Virus record (IMG/VR): IMGVR_UViG_2551306525_000009
Source: a virus
Lineage: Duplodnaviria; Heunggongvirae; Uroviricota; Caudoviricetes
Strand: one strand, 5' to 3'
DNA length: 36,183 nucleotides
Part shown: positions 1-9,199 of the stretch, piece by piece
How positions within the stretch are numbered: the stretch's first letter is position 1
Layout: every line of letters begins with the position of its first letter
Translations under genes and position numbers: made by a program
Notes under the pieces: model-generated
Database searches by the model: none
What the model saw: the letters and a program-made list of their open reading frames with translations, nothing else
Told to the model about the DNA's origin: nothing

Positions 1-33
1 AAAGAGTTCCTTTCAAATTTAAATAAGCGTTAA

Positions 34-56
34 GCCCACCACTCTTACTGGTGGGC
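34..56 (-). terminator. stem-loop downstream of the hok-like ORF (GCCCACC-N9-GGTGGGC) followed by an A/T-rich tract on the minus strand
   Basis: perfect 7-bp inverted repeat read directly from sequence; T-rich stretch follows on the reverse complement. Confidence 0.4.
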
Positions 57-135
57 CTCAATTTAAATTTGGGTGCCACTTCGACCATACCCAGGCAACC
101 GATTGACGGGGGATTGCTCCCCCGTCGCGGTTTCC

Positions 136-276
136 TTACTGCTTACACTGTAAGAACGCCGCAAACTCCGCGCCCCAGAAGCTCATCCGTATTTCGCACA
201 GCGAACCATGCAATATCCAGATGATGAGGATTACCGTCACGCAGAACGTGATGGCTGTAAGCGATTTTTGCGACAT
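136..276 (-). CDS. Hok/Gef-family small membrane toxin (type I toxin-antitoxin), 46 aa; not in the ORF track because it is under 60 aa
   Basis: manual translation MSQKSLTAITFCVTVILIIWILHGSLCEIRMSFWGAEFAAFLQCKQ; one TM helix then SLCEIR...AAFLxCK, matching the conserved Hok tail (HokA ends SLCELH...AAFLACK, from memory); AAGGAG 8 nt upstream of ATG. Confidence 0.6.
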   Translation of the reverse strand: MSQKSLTAITFCVTVILIIWILHGSLCEIRMSFWGAEFAAFLQCKQ

Positions 277-466
277 AGCACTTGCTCCTTTTCCGGAGAG
301 GCGCTAACCTTTCACTTGCTTAGGGTAGACGGTTAGGGCCTCGGTTAAACAAAAGTGTTTTCCGGGGCCTTTCCACATCTGGCCTTCGGGTATTCCCTCC
401 GACCATCAGCCGAAAGGCACCCGCGCGTAATCTATCGCTTTTTTGTTACTCCGGCAATTCTGCCTG

Positions 467-727
467 TTAATTCTGAGGTAAAGGCAAACTCATCTGATTG
501 TTTCCCCTGTGTGAAGCTGGCAGCTCATGCCACGGGATACCTTCTGATGAGTGAACGCCGGAGGCGTGTTTCGATGTGAATTTATGGAAGGCTTCCAGTG
601 TTGAGAAGCATACGCCGCATTCCAGGTTGTTACACTGGTAATACTTTTGCCGCACGGTGTTTGAATCATTTTCCGGACGACTGGTGCGGATACGGGCAGA
701 TGCGCCACAAAGCGGACAACGGAACAT
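467..727 (-). CDS. ogr: late gene transcriptional activator Ogr/Delta family (zinc finger)
   Basis: MFRCPLCG...YQCNNLECG matches the Cys4 zinc-finger N-terminus of P2 Ogr / 186 B; position adjacent to D. Confidence 0.85.
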   Translation of the reverse strand: MFRCPLCGASARIRTSRPENDSNTVRQKYYQCNNLECGVCFSTLEAFHKFTSKHASGVHSSEGIPWHELPASHRGNNQMSLPLPQN

Positions 728-769
728 AGCGACCTCCCTTAACGTGGTGCTGCCGCTATTCTAAGTTCT

Positions 770-1870
770 TCACTCTGTTTCCGCTATCCATTCCGGGATT
801 TTTGCCTCAAGCTCAAGCTGCGTGGTAAAGCCGCTGTTATCAATGGTGTGCTCGGCTTTTGCAATAATCCAGTCCTGATTATCAATCTCGCTTTTAAATC
901 CTGTTACCGTGCCATGCATTTCGGGATAGAGTTCTGCGCGTCCACGCGCCAGCGTGATGGAGAATGATGCGGCTCCGCGTTGTAGCTGCTGCCACTTTGC
1001 CGCCGCTGCGCGTCTTGCTGCCTGCTCGTTCTGATAAGTCTTGCGTAACACAAACACATTGCCTTCCGCGCCCTCCATATAATCACCTTCACGGCTGCTG
1101 CTTTTCTCCTTTTTCGGTTTGCGGCGTTTCACGCTGACTTTTTTCTTTTTCCCGTAATTAAGATCAAGCCAGTAGGCGCGTACACCTGTATACGCCTCGC
1201 GGTCAGCAATGCGAAACTGATGGCGATCGCCGCTGCTGCGTGTGATGGCAAACGATGGCAATGGTTTTCCCTGCGCGTTCACGCCACCACCTGGCATAAT
1301 GAATAACAGATTACCGCTTTTTACCGTGGTGATTGCGCCCAGCATTTCCGCCATGCGCGTAAGGAAGGACATGTCACTTTCTTCGGTCTGGTCGGCGTGG
1401 TCGATTTCGATATCCATCAGCATTTCGCTGATTTGCGGTTTCAGACCGTACCGATGAGCGATGGCGGATACCACTCGCTCAACGGTCACATCATGCCAGG
1501 ACACTTCGCGCTTGACGTTAAATTCATCCCGAAAATCTGCGCTTCTGGCTGAAATGGTCAGTCTGTCGGGAGGTCCTTCATGAGCAATTTCATCAACAAT
1601 GTAAGTGCCTTTTTCTGTCAGCGGTTCGCCTTTCCAGCCAATGAGAACCGTCAGGCGAGCGCCCCGTGGCGGCAACTGCAACTGACCATCAGCATCATCC
1701 AGCGTGATGGTGAGCTGGTCTGCTTCAAATCCCCGGTTGTCGGTCAGTGACAGGCTCATCAGGCGCTCTGCCACGCCGGACAGCGTTTTACCCTCGGCGA
1801 GAATATCAAAATCCGGCATTTTCACGGGGTCTGTGCCCTGACTGAGCAATTGCATGGTGGTGTCGGTCAT
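770..1870 (-). CDS. D: tail protein D (late control gene D)
   Basis: similarity to P2 gpD (LSLTDNRGF, RLTISARSADFR, REGDYMEG, TIDNSGFTT blocks); start chosen at internal ATG with GGGAGGGA RBS (ORF track extends to 2002). Confidence 0.85.
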   Translation of the reverse strand: MTDTTMQLLSQGTDPVKMPDFDILAEGKTLSGVAERLMSLSLTDNRGFEADQLTITLDDADGQLQLPPRGARLTVLIGWKGEPLTEKGTYIVDEIAHEGPPDRLTISARSADFRDEFNVKREVSWHDVTVERVVSAIAHRYGLKPQISEMLMDIEIDHADQTEESDMSFLTRMAEMLGAITTVKSGNLLFIMPGGGVNAQGKPLPSFAITRSSGDRHQFRIADREAYTGVRAYWLDLNYGKKKKVSVKRRKPKKEKSSSREGDYMEGAEGNVFVLRKTYQNEQAARRAAAAKWQQLQRGAASFSITLARGRAELYPEMHGTVTGFKSEIDNQDWIIAKAEHTIDNSGFTTQLELEAKIPEWIAETE

Positions 1871-2027
1871 CTGCTCCCTCCCTGTGTGGCATGGTCGCAT
1901 GTGCGTGCGGAGGGGGTTACTGCTTTTTGTTGTCGCCGTGGCGGGAGAACGGCGCAGGGGTGAGATTACGCGCGTGGTGGGTGATGATTGTTGCCGAATC
2001 ATTTAACGGATACAAGGGGCTGAAGCT

Positions 2028-3212
2028 ATGAGTGAAACTCGTTTTCATGGTGCCCGTGTTACGGAAAATACCGACCTGGTAACAGCGATTAACGATGTTG
2101 ATTCCAGCGTTATCGGTATCGTGGCAACGGCGGATGATGCGGACGCGAAGCTGTTCCCGCTGAACAAGCCCACACTGCTGACCCGCGTCAATGACGTGCT
2201 GGGAAAATGCGGAACAACGGGGACGCTTTATCGTGCGCTTAAGGCCATCGCAGACCAGGTGAGCACAAAGGTGATCGTCGTTCGCGTGGCTGAACACAAA
2301 GAAGAAGACGAAAAGACGCAGGATCAACTGGTTATCGGTGGTTCTGAGGATGACGGCAGCTATACGGGGATGTATGCGCTGCTTGTTGCAGAGCAGGATG
2401 AAAGCATCGGATACCGTCCGCGTATTCTGGCCGCGCCGGAGCTGGACACGGAGGCGGTGACAAAATCCCTGTGCGTGATTGCGGGTAAACTGCGCGCATT
2501 TGTGTATGCCTCATGTCACGGCTGTAACACGATGGCTGAAGCGATTACCTACCGCCAGAAATTCAACGAACGTGAAGTGATGCTCTTATGGCCGGACTTC
2601 ATCGCCTACAACCCGAAAAGTGGCGAAAACGAAACGTTCCCCGCGCCTGCTTATGCGTGCGGCCTTCGTGCGTACATTGACCATGAGCAGGGCTGGCACA
2701 AATCGCTGTCCAACGTTCCGGTTAAAAATGTGCTGGGGATGTCGAGGCATGTGTTCTGGTCGTTGCAGGCCGAAGACAGCGATGCCAACAGCCTCAACAA
2801 CAAAGAAATCACGACCATTATTCGTCGCAACGGGTTCCGCTTCTGGGGCAACCGCACACCGGAAACGAACGCCTACATTTTTGAGGTGTATACCCGAACC
2901 GCACAGGTGCTGGCTGATTCAATTGCGGAAGCGCAGTTTGAAACCATCGACAGTCCACTGACGCCTGCGAACGTGAAGGATGTTATCAGTGCCATCAGGG
3001 CAAAACTGGATTCACTGGTGACTGCCGGGAAACTGATTGGCGCGGAGTGCTGGTATGACGTGGTGGATAACAGCACCACGGATTTACGTCAGGGGCGTGT
3101 GCGTATTCGCTACAAATATACGCCCGTTCCGCCACTGGAAGACATGGAGCTTTACCAGACGTTTACTGATGAATACTTTGAACCCGCATTTGCGGTGCTG
3201 GGAGGTGCCTGA
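2028..3212 (+). CDS. FI: contractile tail sheath protein FI
   Basis: 394 aa, size and sequence character of the P2 FI sheath family; followed by the tube gene with ATGA-type overlap. Confidence 0.9.
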   Translation: MSETRFHGARVTENTDLVTAINDVDSSVIGIVATADDADAKLFPLNKPTLLTRVNDVLGKCGTTGTLYRALKAIADQVSTKVIVVRVAEHKEEDEKTQDQLVIGGSEDDGSYTGMYALLVAEQDESIGYRPRILAAPELDTEAVTKSLCVIAGKLRAFVYASCHGCNTMAEAITYRQKFNEREVMLLWPDFIAYNPKSGENETFPAPAYACGLRAYIDHEQGWHKSLSNVPVKNVLGMSRHVFWSLQAEDSDANSLNNKEITTIIRRNGFRFWGNRTPETNAYIFEVYTRTAQVLADSIAEAQFETIDSPLTPANVKDVISAIRAKLDSLVTAGKLIGAECWYDVVDNSTTDLRQGRVRIRYKYTPVPPLEDMELYQTFTDEYFEPAFAVLGGA

Positions 3213-3724
3213 TGGCTGTGCCAAAACATCTTCGCTTTTTTACGCTGTTTGTGGATGGTGAAAACGAAGTGGGTAAGGTGACGTCCGTCACTCTGCCCAA
3301 ACTGACGCGCAAAACCGACAGCTACCGGGGTGGTGGCATGATGGGGGCGGTAAGTATTGATCTCGGTCTGGACGACTCCGCGCTTGATGCGAGCTTTGTC
3401 ATGGGGGGCGCAGTTCGTGAGCTGTTCCTTAAGTATGGCGGCACGATTGACGGCACGCTGCTGCGTTTTGCGGGTGAATACTACACCGATGCAGAAAGCG
3501 ACCTGTATGAAGTCGAAATGCGCGGACGTGTGACGGAAATTGATATGGGGGAAGCCAAACAGGGCGAAGCCACATCACACACTTACGCCATTAAAAACAC
3601 CTACTACAAGCTGAGTGTTAACGATCGTCCGTTGTGGGAGATTGACCTGCTGAACTTCATTTACCGGAAGGACGGCAAGGACATTGTGCCCGATCGCATC
3701 CGTTCCGCGCTTGGGCTTGGCTGA
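3212..3724 (+). CDS. FII: tail tube protein FII
   Basis: 170 aa, immediately downstream of sheath; P2 FII-like. Confidence 0.85.
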   Translation: MAVPKHLRFFTLFVDGENEVGKVTSVTLPKLTRKTDSYRGGGMMGAVSIDLGLDDSALDASFVMGGAVRELFLKYGGTIDGTLLRFAGEYYTDAESDLYEVEMRGRVTEIDMGEAKQGEATSHTYAIKNTYYKLSVNDRPLWEIDLLNFIYRKDGKDIVPDRIRSALGLG

Positions 3725-3778
3725 TAAGTAATATGCAGGCGGCGCAGTGCGTCGCCTCTGACTGAAAGGAGTTTCCTG

Positions 3779-4144
3779 ATGAAAGAGACGAAAAACATCG
3801 ATACCGAAAACACGGTAGTTGCTGACACTGTGAAAGAAACCAGTGAGCGTGGCGTAAAACTTACCCAACCCATTGAGCGAGGCGGCGAAAAAATCATGTA
3901 TGTGGAGATCACCGGGGCTATTGAGCAGGCTGGATCTCTGCGAGATTTGTCGCTGTCTGATGTGCTGAATCTGAAAGCGGAATCCATGTTTACGCTGCTG
4001 TCACGCGTGACATCACCGCGACTGGATGAAGTGACGATCAAAAAAATGGCATCCCGTGACTTTATTCAGTTATGTGTGGTTGCCGTAAATTTTTTGAGCG
4101 GTGCGGACTCTGGCGGGAAGAACGAACAGGCGACGGAAGCCTGA
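3779..4144 (+). CDS. E: tail assembly chaperone E
   Basis: 121 aa ORF between tube and tape measure; contains slippery heptamer near its 3' end. Confidence 0.8.
   Translation: MKETKNIDTENTVVADTVKETSERGVKLTQPIERGGEKIMYVEITGAIEQAGSLRDLSLSDVLNLKAESMFTLLSRVTSPRLDEVTIKKMASRDFIQLCVVAVNFLSGADSGGKNEQATEA
4090..4096 (+). other. programmed -1 ribosomal frameshift slippery heptamer T_TTT_TTG
   Basis: heptamer in the zero frame of E (codons TTT TTG); the -1 frame stays open to 4308. Confidence 0.7.
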
Positions 4145-4308
4145 TCACGGTTGTGTGCTTTGAGCACATAGAAGACTTTGTGGCAGATATTGCCGTTATT
4201 TTTAACTGGTCGCCCGCCGAAATCTTCATGATGACGCCCGGCGAAGTGGTTAGCTGGCGTGAGCGGGCGGCACTTCGCAGCGGGAATGCAGACAATGAAG
4301 ACTCTTGA
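4095..4308 (+). CDS. E': E' extension of the E+E' frameshift product (tail assembly chaperone fusion)
   Basis: -1 frame from slippery site translates ERCGLWREERTGDG...NEDS, equal to the ORF-track 4072..4308 frame; conserved E/E' (lambda G/GT-like) arrangement. Confidence 0.7.
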
Positions 4309-7102
4309 TATCCGGGTCGCTTTCAGCGCCGTTGACAGGCTGACCCGACCTGCCGAAAACGCCCGCCGCCTGATGGGGCAGTTTGGTGACTCCATCCAGC
4401 GAACGCAGGGGGCGATCAAAAATCTCGAGCGTCAGGCGCGTTCATTTGAGCGCGCCCGCGACGCTGTCAGTAAAGCGGATGCGGGTATCGTGAAAGCGCG
4501 ACGCCAGCTTAACGCCCTTAATCAGTTACAACGCACGGGTACAGTGCTCAGCGAAAAACAACAAAAGCTGATGCAGCAGTTAAGCACCCGGCTTGAACGC
4601 CTGAATGAATCGCGCACACGGGAAATTCAGAAAATGCGGGAGCTTGGCGGAGAGCTGAAACGCCACGGCATTTCCCTGACAGGCAGCGATAACACCATCC
4701 AGCAGGCCATCAGACGCACCGAACAGTACAACAACCAGCTTGAACGCGAACGGCAGGCGCTTGCGCGTGTAACGCGGGCGCGTGAGCGGTATTCGCGCGT
4801 GCAGGAAACCGCGGGAAAACTGAAAACAGGTGGTGCGCTGGCAATTGGTGCGGCAGCGGCTGGCGGCTATGCTGCCGGGCGTTTTTTGCAGCCTGCGATC
4901 GGGTTCGGCAAAGAGATGTCCCGCGTTCAGGCACTGACGCGAATCGACCAGAACAGCCCGCAGTTTAAGGCGCTGCGTGAGCAGGCGTTAAAACTTGGCT
5001 CTGAAACGCAGTTCACCGCAGGCGATGCCGCCAGTGGGCAGGCATTTCTTGCAATGGCTGGCTTCACTCCGCAGGCCATTCAGGCTGCGCTTCCCGGCGT
5101 GCTGAGCATGGCAACGGCTGGCGGCATGGATCTCGGCGAGACGGCGGATATTGGCTCAAATATCCTGACGCAGTTCGGCCTTTCTGCTGACCAGATGGAC
5201 CGGGTCGGTGACACACTCACCGCAGCGTTTACCCGTACCAACACTGACCTTCGCGCACTGGGCGAAACCATGAAATATGCAGGTCCGGTTGCGGGTAAGC
5301 TGGGAATATCGCTGGAGCAGGCCGCAGCGATGGCTGGCGTGCTGGCGAATATGGGCATCAGAGGGAGTGATGCCGGGACGGCAATGCGTGCCAGCCTGGC
5401 TCGTCTGGCATCACCGCCAAAGGCAGCAGCAGAGGCGCTGAAAGAGCTTGGTGTGGCAGTCTCTGACGCGAACGGCAAAATGCGCCCGATGGAGGATGTG
5501 CTGGCCGACCTTTATAAAGCCACCCGCAAATACGGGGAAGTTGACCGGGTATCGTTCTTTAAGGACATTGCCGGGGAAGAGGCTTTCACATCGTTTATGG
5601 CGCTCGTTGATGCAGCGGGTGACGGTTCCTTACCTAAACTGAGAAAAGAACTTGAAGGCGCGCGCGGTGAGGCTGAACGCACAGCAAAGGTCATGGCCAA
5701 CAACCTTGACGGCGATCTGAAATCACTCGGCAGTGCATGGGAAGGGTTGCGCATCCGCATTGCAGATCTGATTGACGGTCCGCTGCGTTCTGTCACGCAG
5801 TGGCTCACGCGGGTGGTATCAAGGGTGACGGCGCTGGCGCAGGCCCATCCGGCACTGACGCGCCAGCTACTGATAGCAGGCGGTGCGTTGCTGGCAATGA
5901 CTGCAACGGTTGGCTCGTTGTCGCTGGCTATTGGTGTGCTTGCTGGTCCGCTGGCAAAACTGCGTCTTGGTTTTTCTCTCCTGACCGGATCAATGAATGC
6001 TGTCAGGGTCCTGCCAGCACTATGGGGAATGGTGACGGGTTCCGTTTCTTTACTGGGAGGCGCTATCGGGGCGCTGTTCAGCCCGGTTGGTCTTATCGTG
6101 GCTGCGCTTGCCGGAGCTGCCGTCCTTATCTGGAAATACTGGGATCCCATCAGGGCATTTTTTGCCGGGGTGTTCAGCGGGATTATGGAAAGGCTGACCC
6201 CGTTGCGCGAAACCTTTGAACGGTTTGGTCCTGTTTTTGACGCAATCGGAAGCGGGATAAGCCAGGTGTTTAACTGGTTTAAATCGCTGCTGTCACCGAT
6301 GGAGTCCAGCAAGGAAACGCTGGATAAATGTACCAGTGCTGGCGAGATATTCGGTAACGTTCTTGGCGGTGCGTTACAACTTGTTCTGACACCTGCAAAA
6401 ATGTTGCTGGATACGCTGGCGTGGATACTTGAAAAGCTCGGTGTGCTTCCGGATGAAGCGGAAAGGGCGCGCAAGAAAATCGAAGACGCACAGCGTGCGG
6501 CCATTCTTCAGGACAAGGTTGCCTGGCTTCAGGGGGACCTGGCGAAAATCAATCCGCCGAAGCCTGTGGAAAATGGCAATGGCACCGGAGGTGATAAACC
6601 CAAAGACAACAAACCACTCACAGACAGCAATACCGGTACGCTACGCAGACTCAGCAAAATTGCTGATAACACAGGTAAGCTGGTTGATGAGACGAAAAAA
6701 CGCATTGGCCCCGGCGATATTGTCTTTAAGAACCTGCCCCGCGCACTTGCTGTTCGTGGGGAGTGGCAGGAGCGGAAGATTGCGCAGGTCAGTAAGCCTG
6801 CTTCCGCAATCAATATCACACCCGTGGTCCAGACTCCTCTTCCTCCGGCGCTGGTCCCTGTTGTTGCGGCCAGCTCCCGCCCGGTGGCGGAGGCCATACG
6901 ATCGCCAGTGGCATCAGTTCCTGCAACTTCCCGTAACCGGGAGCCTGTTGTCTCCGGATTTGGCGGTGAAATTCATGTTCATCTGCATAACGTTGTTACG
7001 CAGAATCCCCGCGAACTGGCGAAACTGGTCGGTGAAATGGTCAGGGCAGAGGTGGAACGGCGTGCTCGTGCCGGACGTGGCAGTTTTTACGATAAAGATT
7101 GA
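4286..7102 (+). CDS. T: tail tape measure protein T
   Basis: ~940 aa, coiled-coil N-terminal region, hydrophobic Gly/Ala-rich central segment; between E' and U; start uncertain (GTG 4259, ATG 4286 or 4295). Confidence 0.85.
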   Translation: MQTMKTLDIRVAFSAVDRLTRPAENARRLMGQFGDSIQRTQGAIKNLERQARSFERARDAVSKADAGIVKARRQLNALNQLQRTGTVLSEKQQKLMQQLSTRLERLNESRTREIQKMRELGGELKRHGISLTGSDNTIQQAIRRTEQYNNQLERERQALARVTRARERYSRVQETAGKLKTGGALAIGAAAAGGYAAGRFLQPAIGFGKEMSRVQALTRIDQNSPQFKALREQALKLGSETQFTAGDAASGQAFLAMAGFTPQAIQAALPGVLSMATAGGMDLGETADIGSNILTQFGLSADQMDRVGDTLTAAFTRTNTDLRALGETMKYAGPVAGKLGISLEQAAAMAGVLANMGIRGSDAGTAMRASLARLASPPKAAAEALKELGVAVSDANGKMRPMEDVLADLYKATRKYGEVDRVSFFKDIAGEEAFTSFMALVDAAGDGSLPKLRKELEGARGEAERTAKVMANNLDGDLKSLGSAWEGLRIRIADLIDGPLRSVTQWLTRVVSRVTALAQAHPALTRQLLIAGGALLAMTATVGSLSLAIGVLAGPLAKLRLGFSLLTGSMNAVRVLPALWGMVTGSVSLLGGAIGALFSPVGLIVAALAGAAVLIWKYWDPIRAFFAGVFSGIMERLTPLRETFERFGPVFDAIGSGISQVFNWFKSLLSPMESSKETLDKCTSAGEIFGNVLGGALQLVLTPAKMLLDTLAWILEKLGVLPDEAERARKKIEDAQRAAILQDKVAWLQGDLAKINPPKPVENGNGTGGDKPKDNKPLTDSNTGTLRRLSKIADNTGKLVDETKKRIGPGDIVFKNLPRALAVRGEWQERKIAQVSKPASAINITPVVQTPLPPALVPVVAASSRPVAEAIRSPVASVPATSRNREPVVSGFGGEIHVHLHNVVTQNPRELAKLVGEMVRAEVERRARAGRGSFYDKD

Positions 7103-7108
7103 GGAGTC

Positions 7109-7603
7109 ATGGCCATGATGATGATCTACGGCATGTTTGTTTTTGAGCTGCGCACATTGCCGCATCAGCAGTTACAGCAAAACAAAAGCTGGCGGCATGT
7201 GAAAAATGAGCGCGTAAACCGCTCAGCAAGCTGGCAGTATATCGGTGCAGGTGATGATCGCATCGTGCTTTCTGGCGTGCTTTATCCTGAAATTACAGGT
7301 GGCGAAGTGTCGCTTTCGCTGCTGACCACGCAGGCATATACAGGACGCCCCTGGCCTCTGATTGATGGTGTCGGGCAGATTTACGGCATGTATGTACTGA
7401 CTGAAACGAATACGACCCGCTCCGAGTTTGATCGCTACGGTAAGGCGAAAAAGATAGAGTTTTCACTGACTCTTGAACGCTGTGATGAGGATTTGCGGGA
7501 GCGCCTGCAATCCTCATCGTTCAGTGATATGCTGTCCGGCTTCAAAGATAAGGTCACATCATCCCTTAACAGCGCGGCCAGCTCCGTTAAAGGGCTGTTT
7601 TGA
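7109..7603 (+). CDS. U: tail protein U
   Basis: similarity to P2 gpU (LSGVLYPEITGG, WPLIDG..IYGMYV, KIEFSLTLER blocks). Confidence 0.85.
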   Translation: MAMMMIYGMFVFELRTLPHQQLQQNKSWRHVKNERVNRSASWQYIGAGDDRIVLSGVLYPEITGGEVSLSLLTTQAYTGRPWPLIDGVGQIYGMYVLTETNTTRSEFDRYGKAKKIEFSLTLERCDEDLRERLQSSSFSDMLSGFKDKVTSSLNSAASSVKGLF

Positions 7604-7610
7604 TTAACGC

Positions 7611-7640
7611 AAAACCGCTAATGGTCAGATTAGCGGTTTT
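7611..7640. terminator. bidirectional rho-independent terminator between U and the invertase (AAAACCGCTAAT-ggtcag-ATTAGCGGTTTT)
   Basis: perfect 12-bp stem with 6-nt loop, T-run on plus strand; overlaps the invertase 3' end. Confidence 0.65.
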
Positions 7641-8230
7641 CATTTTCCTGAGTCTGCCTGGTTGTTTCTTCAGCCTGTATATCGCCTACAGGGTGATAAC
7701 GATAAATCGTCGATATGCCGATGTCGTAAATGATCGCCAGTTGTTTCCTGTCATGACCGTTTTTGATCAGCCTTGCTATTTGCTCATGCTGTTCTTTTGT
7801 CAGCTTCGGGCGACGTCCGCCTGTGCGCCCCCCGTGCGCGCGCTGCCGCCAGTCCGGCCAGTGTACGTTCAACAATTAATTCACGTTCCATTTCAGCCAG
7901 GGCACCCATAACGTGGAAGAAAAAACGCCCCATTGGAGAAGATGTATCTATGCTGTCGGTCAGACTGCGAAAATTAATCCCTCGCTCCCGTAGTTCCCCG
8001 ACGAGAGAAATCAGATGTTTCATGCTTCGCCCGAGGCGATCCAGTTTCCAGACAACCAGCGTGTCACCTTTTTGAAGCCGCTTTAAAGCGCGTTTTAATC
8101 CCGGTCGGTCTGTCTTTGTCCCGCTTAATTTATCTTCAAATATTTGTTCACATCCTGCGCAAACAAGAGCGTTTCGTTGCAGGTCTGTATTCTGGTCATT
8201 TGTTGATATCCTTACATAACCAATCAGCAC
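7630..8230 (-). pseudogene. Hin/Gin/Cin-family serine DNA invertase, reading frame broken by a +1 shift in a G6 tract (plus-strand C run 7828-7833)
   Basis: ORF 7784..8230 encodes the catalytic domain (GYVRISTNDQ...) and ORF 7630..7875 encodes the HTH C-terminus (GGRRPKL...IIYDIGISTIYR) in another frame; removing one G restores ARG-RTGGRRPKL. Confidence 0.8.
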
Positions 8231-8284
8231 ACTGAATCTCCCGTCCCAAAGCGCAAATCATGCCATGCAGGCCGGAAACGGCCA

Positions 8285-8312
8285 TTATCTAAAACCTCGG
8301 TTTGCAGGAAAC
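8285..8312 (+). repeat. left inversion crossover site (gix/hix-like) TTATCTAAAACCTCGGTTTGCAGGAAAC
   Basis: 26/28 match to the inverted copy at 11235-11262; resembles Gin/Hin crossover sites (from memory). Confidence 0.75.
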
Positions 8313-9198
8313 AGTAAACAAGGCTGGTAACGCCGTTCAGCGTTCCGGCGATAAAATGACCGGAGAGCTGAAAATTGGCACGGTGAATGCGCTGCGAATT
8401 TTCAATGATGCCTTCGGTCTTATTTTCCGTCGTTCAGAAGATTTTCTTCATTTCATTCCGACGGCTGAAGGACAAGGCGAAAACGGTGATATCGGCCCAT
8501 TAAGGCCATTCGCTATAAATCTGAGAACAGGTGCTATATCTGTCAGCCACGGGGCCAAAATTGAAGGAGGTCTAGCTATTGGAGCTACTGATAACGCACT
8601 GGGTGAAAACTCCATTGTTCTGGGAGATAACGACACCGGATTTAGGCAAGATGGAGATGGTATTATTAGCTTCTATTCAAATGGTTCGCGCATCGGACAT
8701 ATTGATGAGTTAGGGTTACATATTTATAAAGATATTGAATCTAATGGCAGCAATTTTAGATTAAAAGGTAATTACCGCCACCACATTACATTCGCCAACG
8801 AAGACGGAAGTATTCGTATGTTTTTGTGGAAAGATAAAGATGGTGATGGTGTTCATATTAATAATGGTTCAAGCGGTGGCGGTGATTTCGTTTTTAAAAC
8901 AGATGGGGGATTTGCGCTGGGAAGTGGTGCGCAAGTTGCGTCTAATGGCGATATTTATGGTTCAGTGTGGGAAAACAACTGGTTAAGCACATGGCTGCAT
9001 AATCATGTCGTTCGGGATATTCGTCTTGGCAGCATTGAATATAAAAACGTATGGCGCGACTCCGGCTTTGGCGATGCGTCAGGTTATGTTTTAACAGCCG
9101 CAATTAACAGCAATGCGGATGATATTGTCGACACTGTTGCCAGAAGGCCAATTCAGAAATTGATTGGGGGAATATGGTATAACGTGGGGAGTGTTTAA
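8302..9198 (+). CDS. alternative tail fibre C-terminal cassette (Sv'-like), no own start codon in the current orientation
   Basis: frame open through left gix site; begins LGLQETVNK..., same junction as H (LGLQETVNQ); C-terminus [19 protein letters not shown] parallels the H C-terminus. Confidence 0.75.
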   Translation: MQETVNKAGNAVQRSGDKMTGELKIGTVNALRIFNDAFGLIFRRSEDFLHFIPTAEGQGENGDIGPLRPFAINLRTGAISVSHGAKIEGGLAIGATDNALGENSIVLGDNDTGFRQDGDGIISFYSNGSRIGHIDELGLHIYKDIESNGSNFRLKGNYRHHITFANEDGSIRMFLWKDKDGDGVHINNGSSGGGDFVFKTDGGFALGSGAQVASNGDIYGSVWENNWLSTWLHNHVVRDIRLGSIEYKNVWRDSGFGDASGYVLTAAINSNADDIVDTVARRPIQKLIGGIWYNVGSV

Positions 9199-9199
9199 G

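Noticed and set aside
490-708. 72-aa alternative-frame ORF within ogr
   Set aside because: Overlaps ogr in a different frame; ogr frame has the Cys4 zinc-finger signature.
1871-2027. Ogr-dependent late promoter (TGT-N12-ACA type) in the D/FI divergent region
   Set aside because: Could not find a convincing match by eye (same for the O/P divergent region 20651-20804); left as an expectation rather than a called feature.
5512-6504. 330-aa minus-strand ORF inside the tape measure gene (and similar antisense ORFs at 4710-4934, 5080-5478, 6529-6897)
   Set aside because: Lies antisense within a well-supported 2.8-kb gene, low-complexity Ser/Ala/Pro-rich translation, no RBS; typical spurious ORF in GC-rich coding DNA.
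1871-7640. Active invertase-mediated flipping of the whole FI-U block
   Set aside because: No gix-like sequences found at either boundary; the orientation difference from P2 is more likely a fixed rearrangement.
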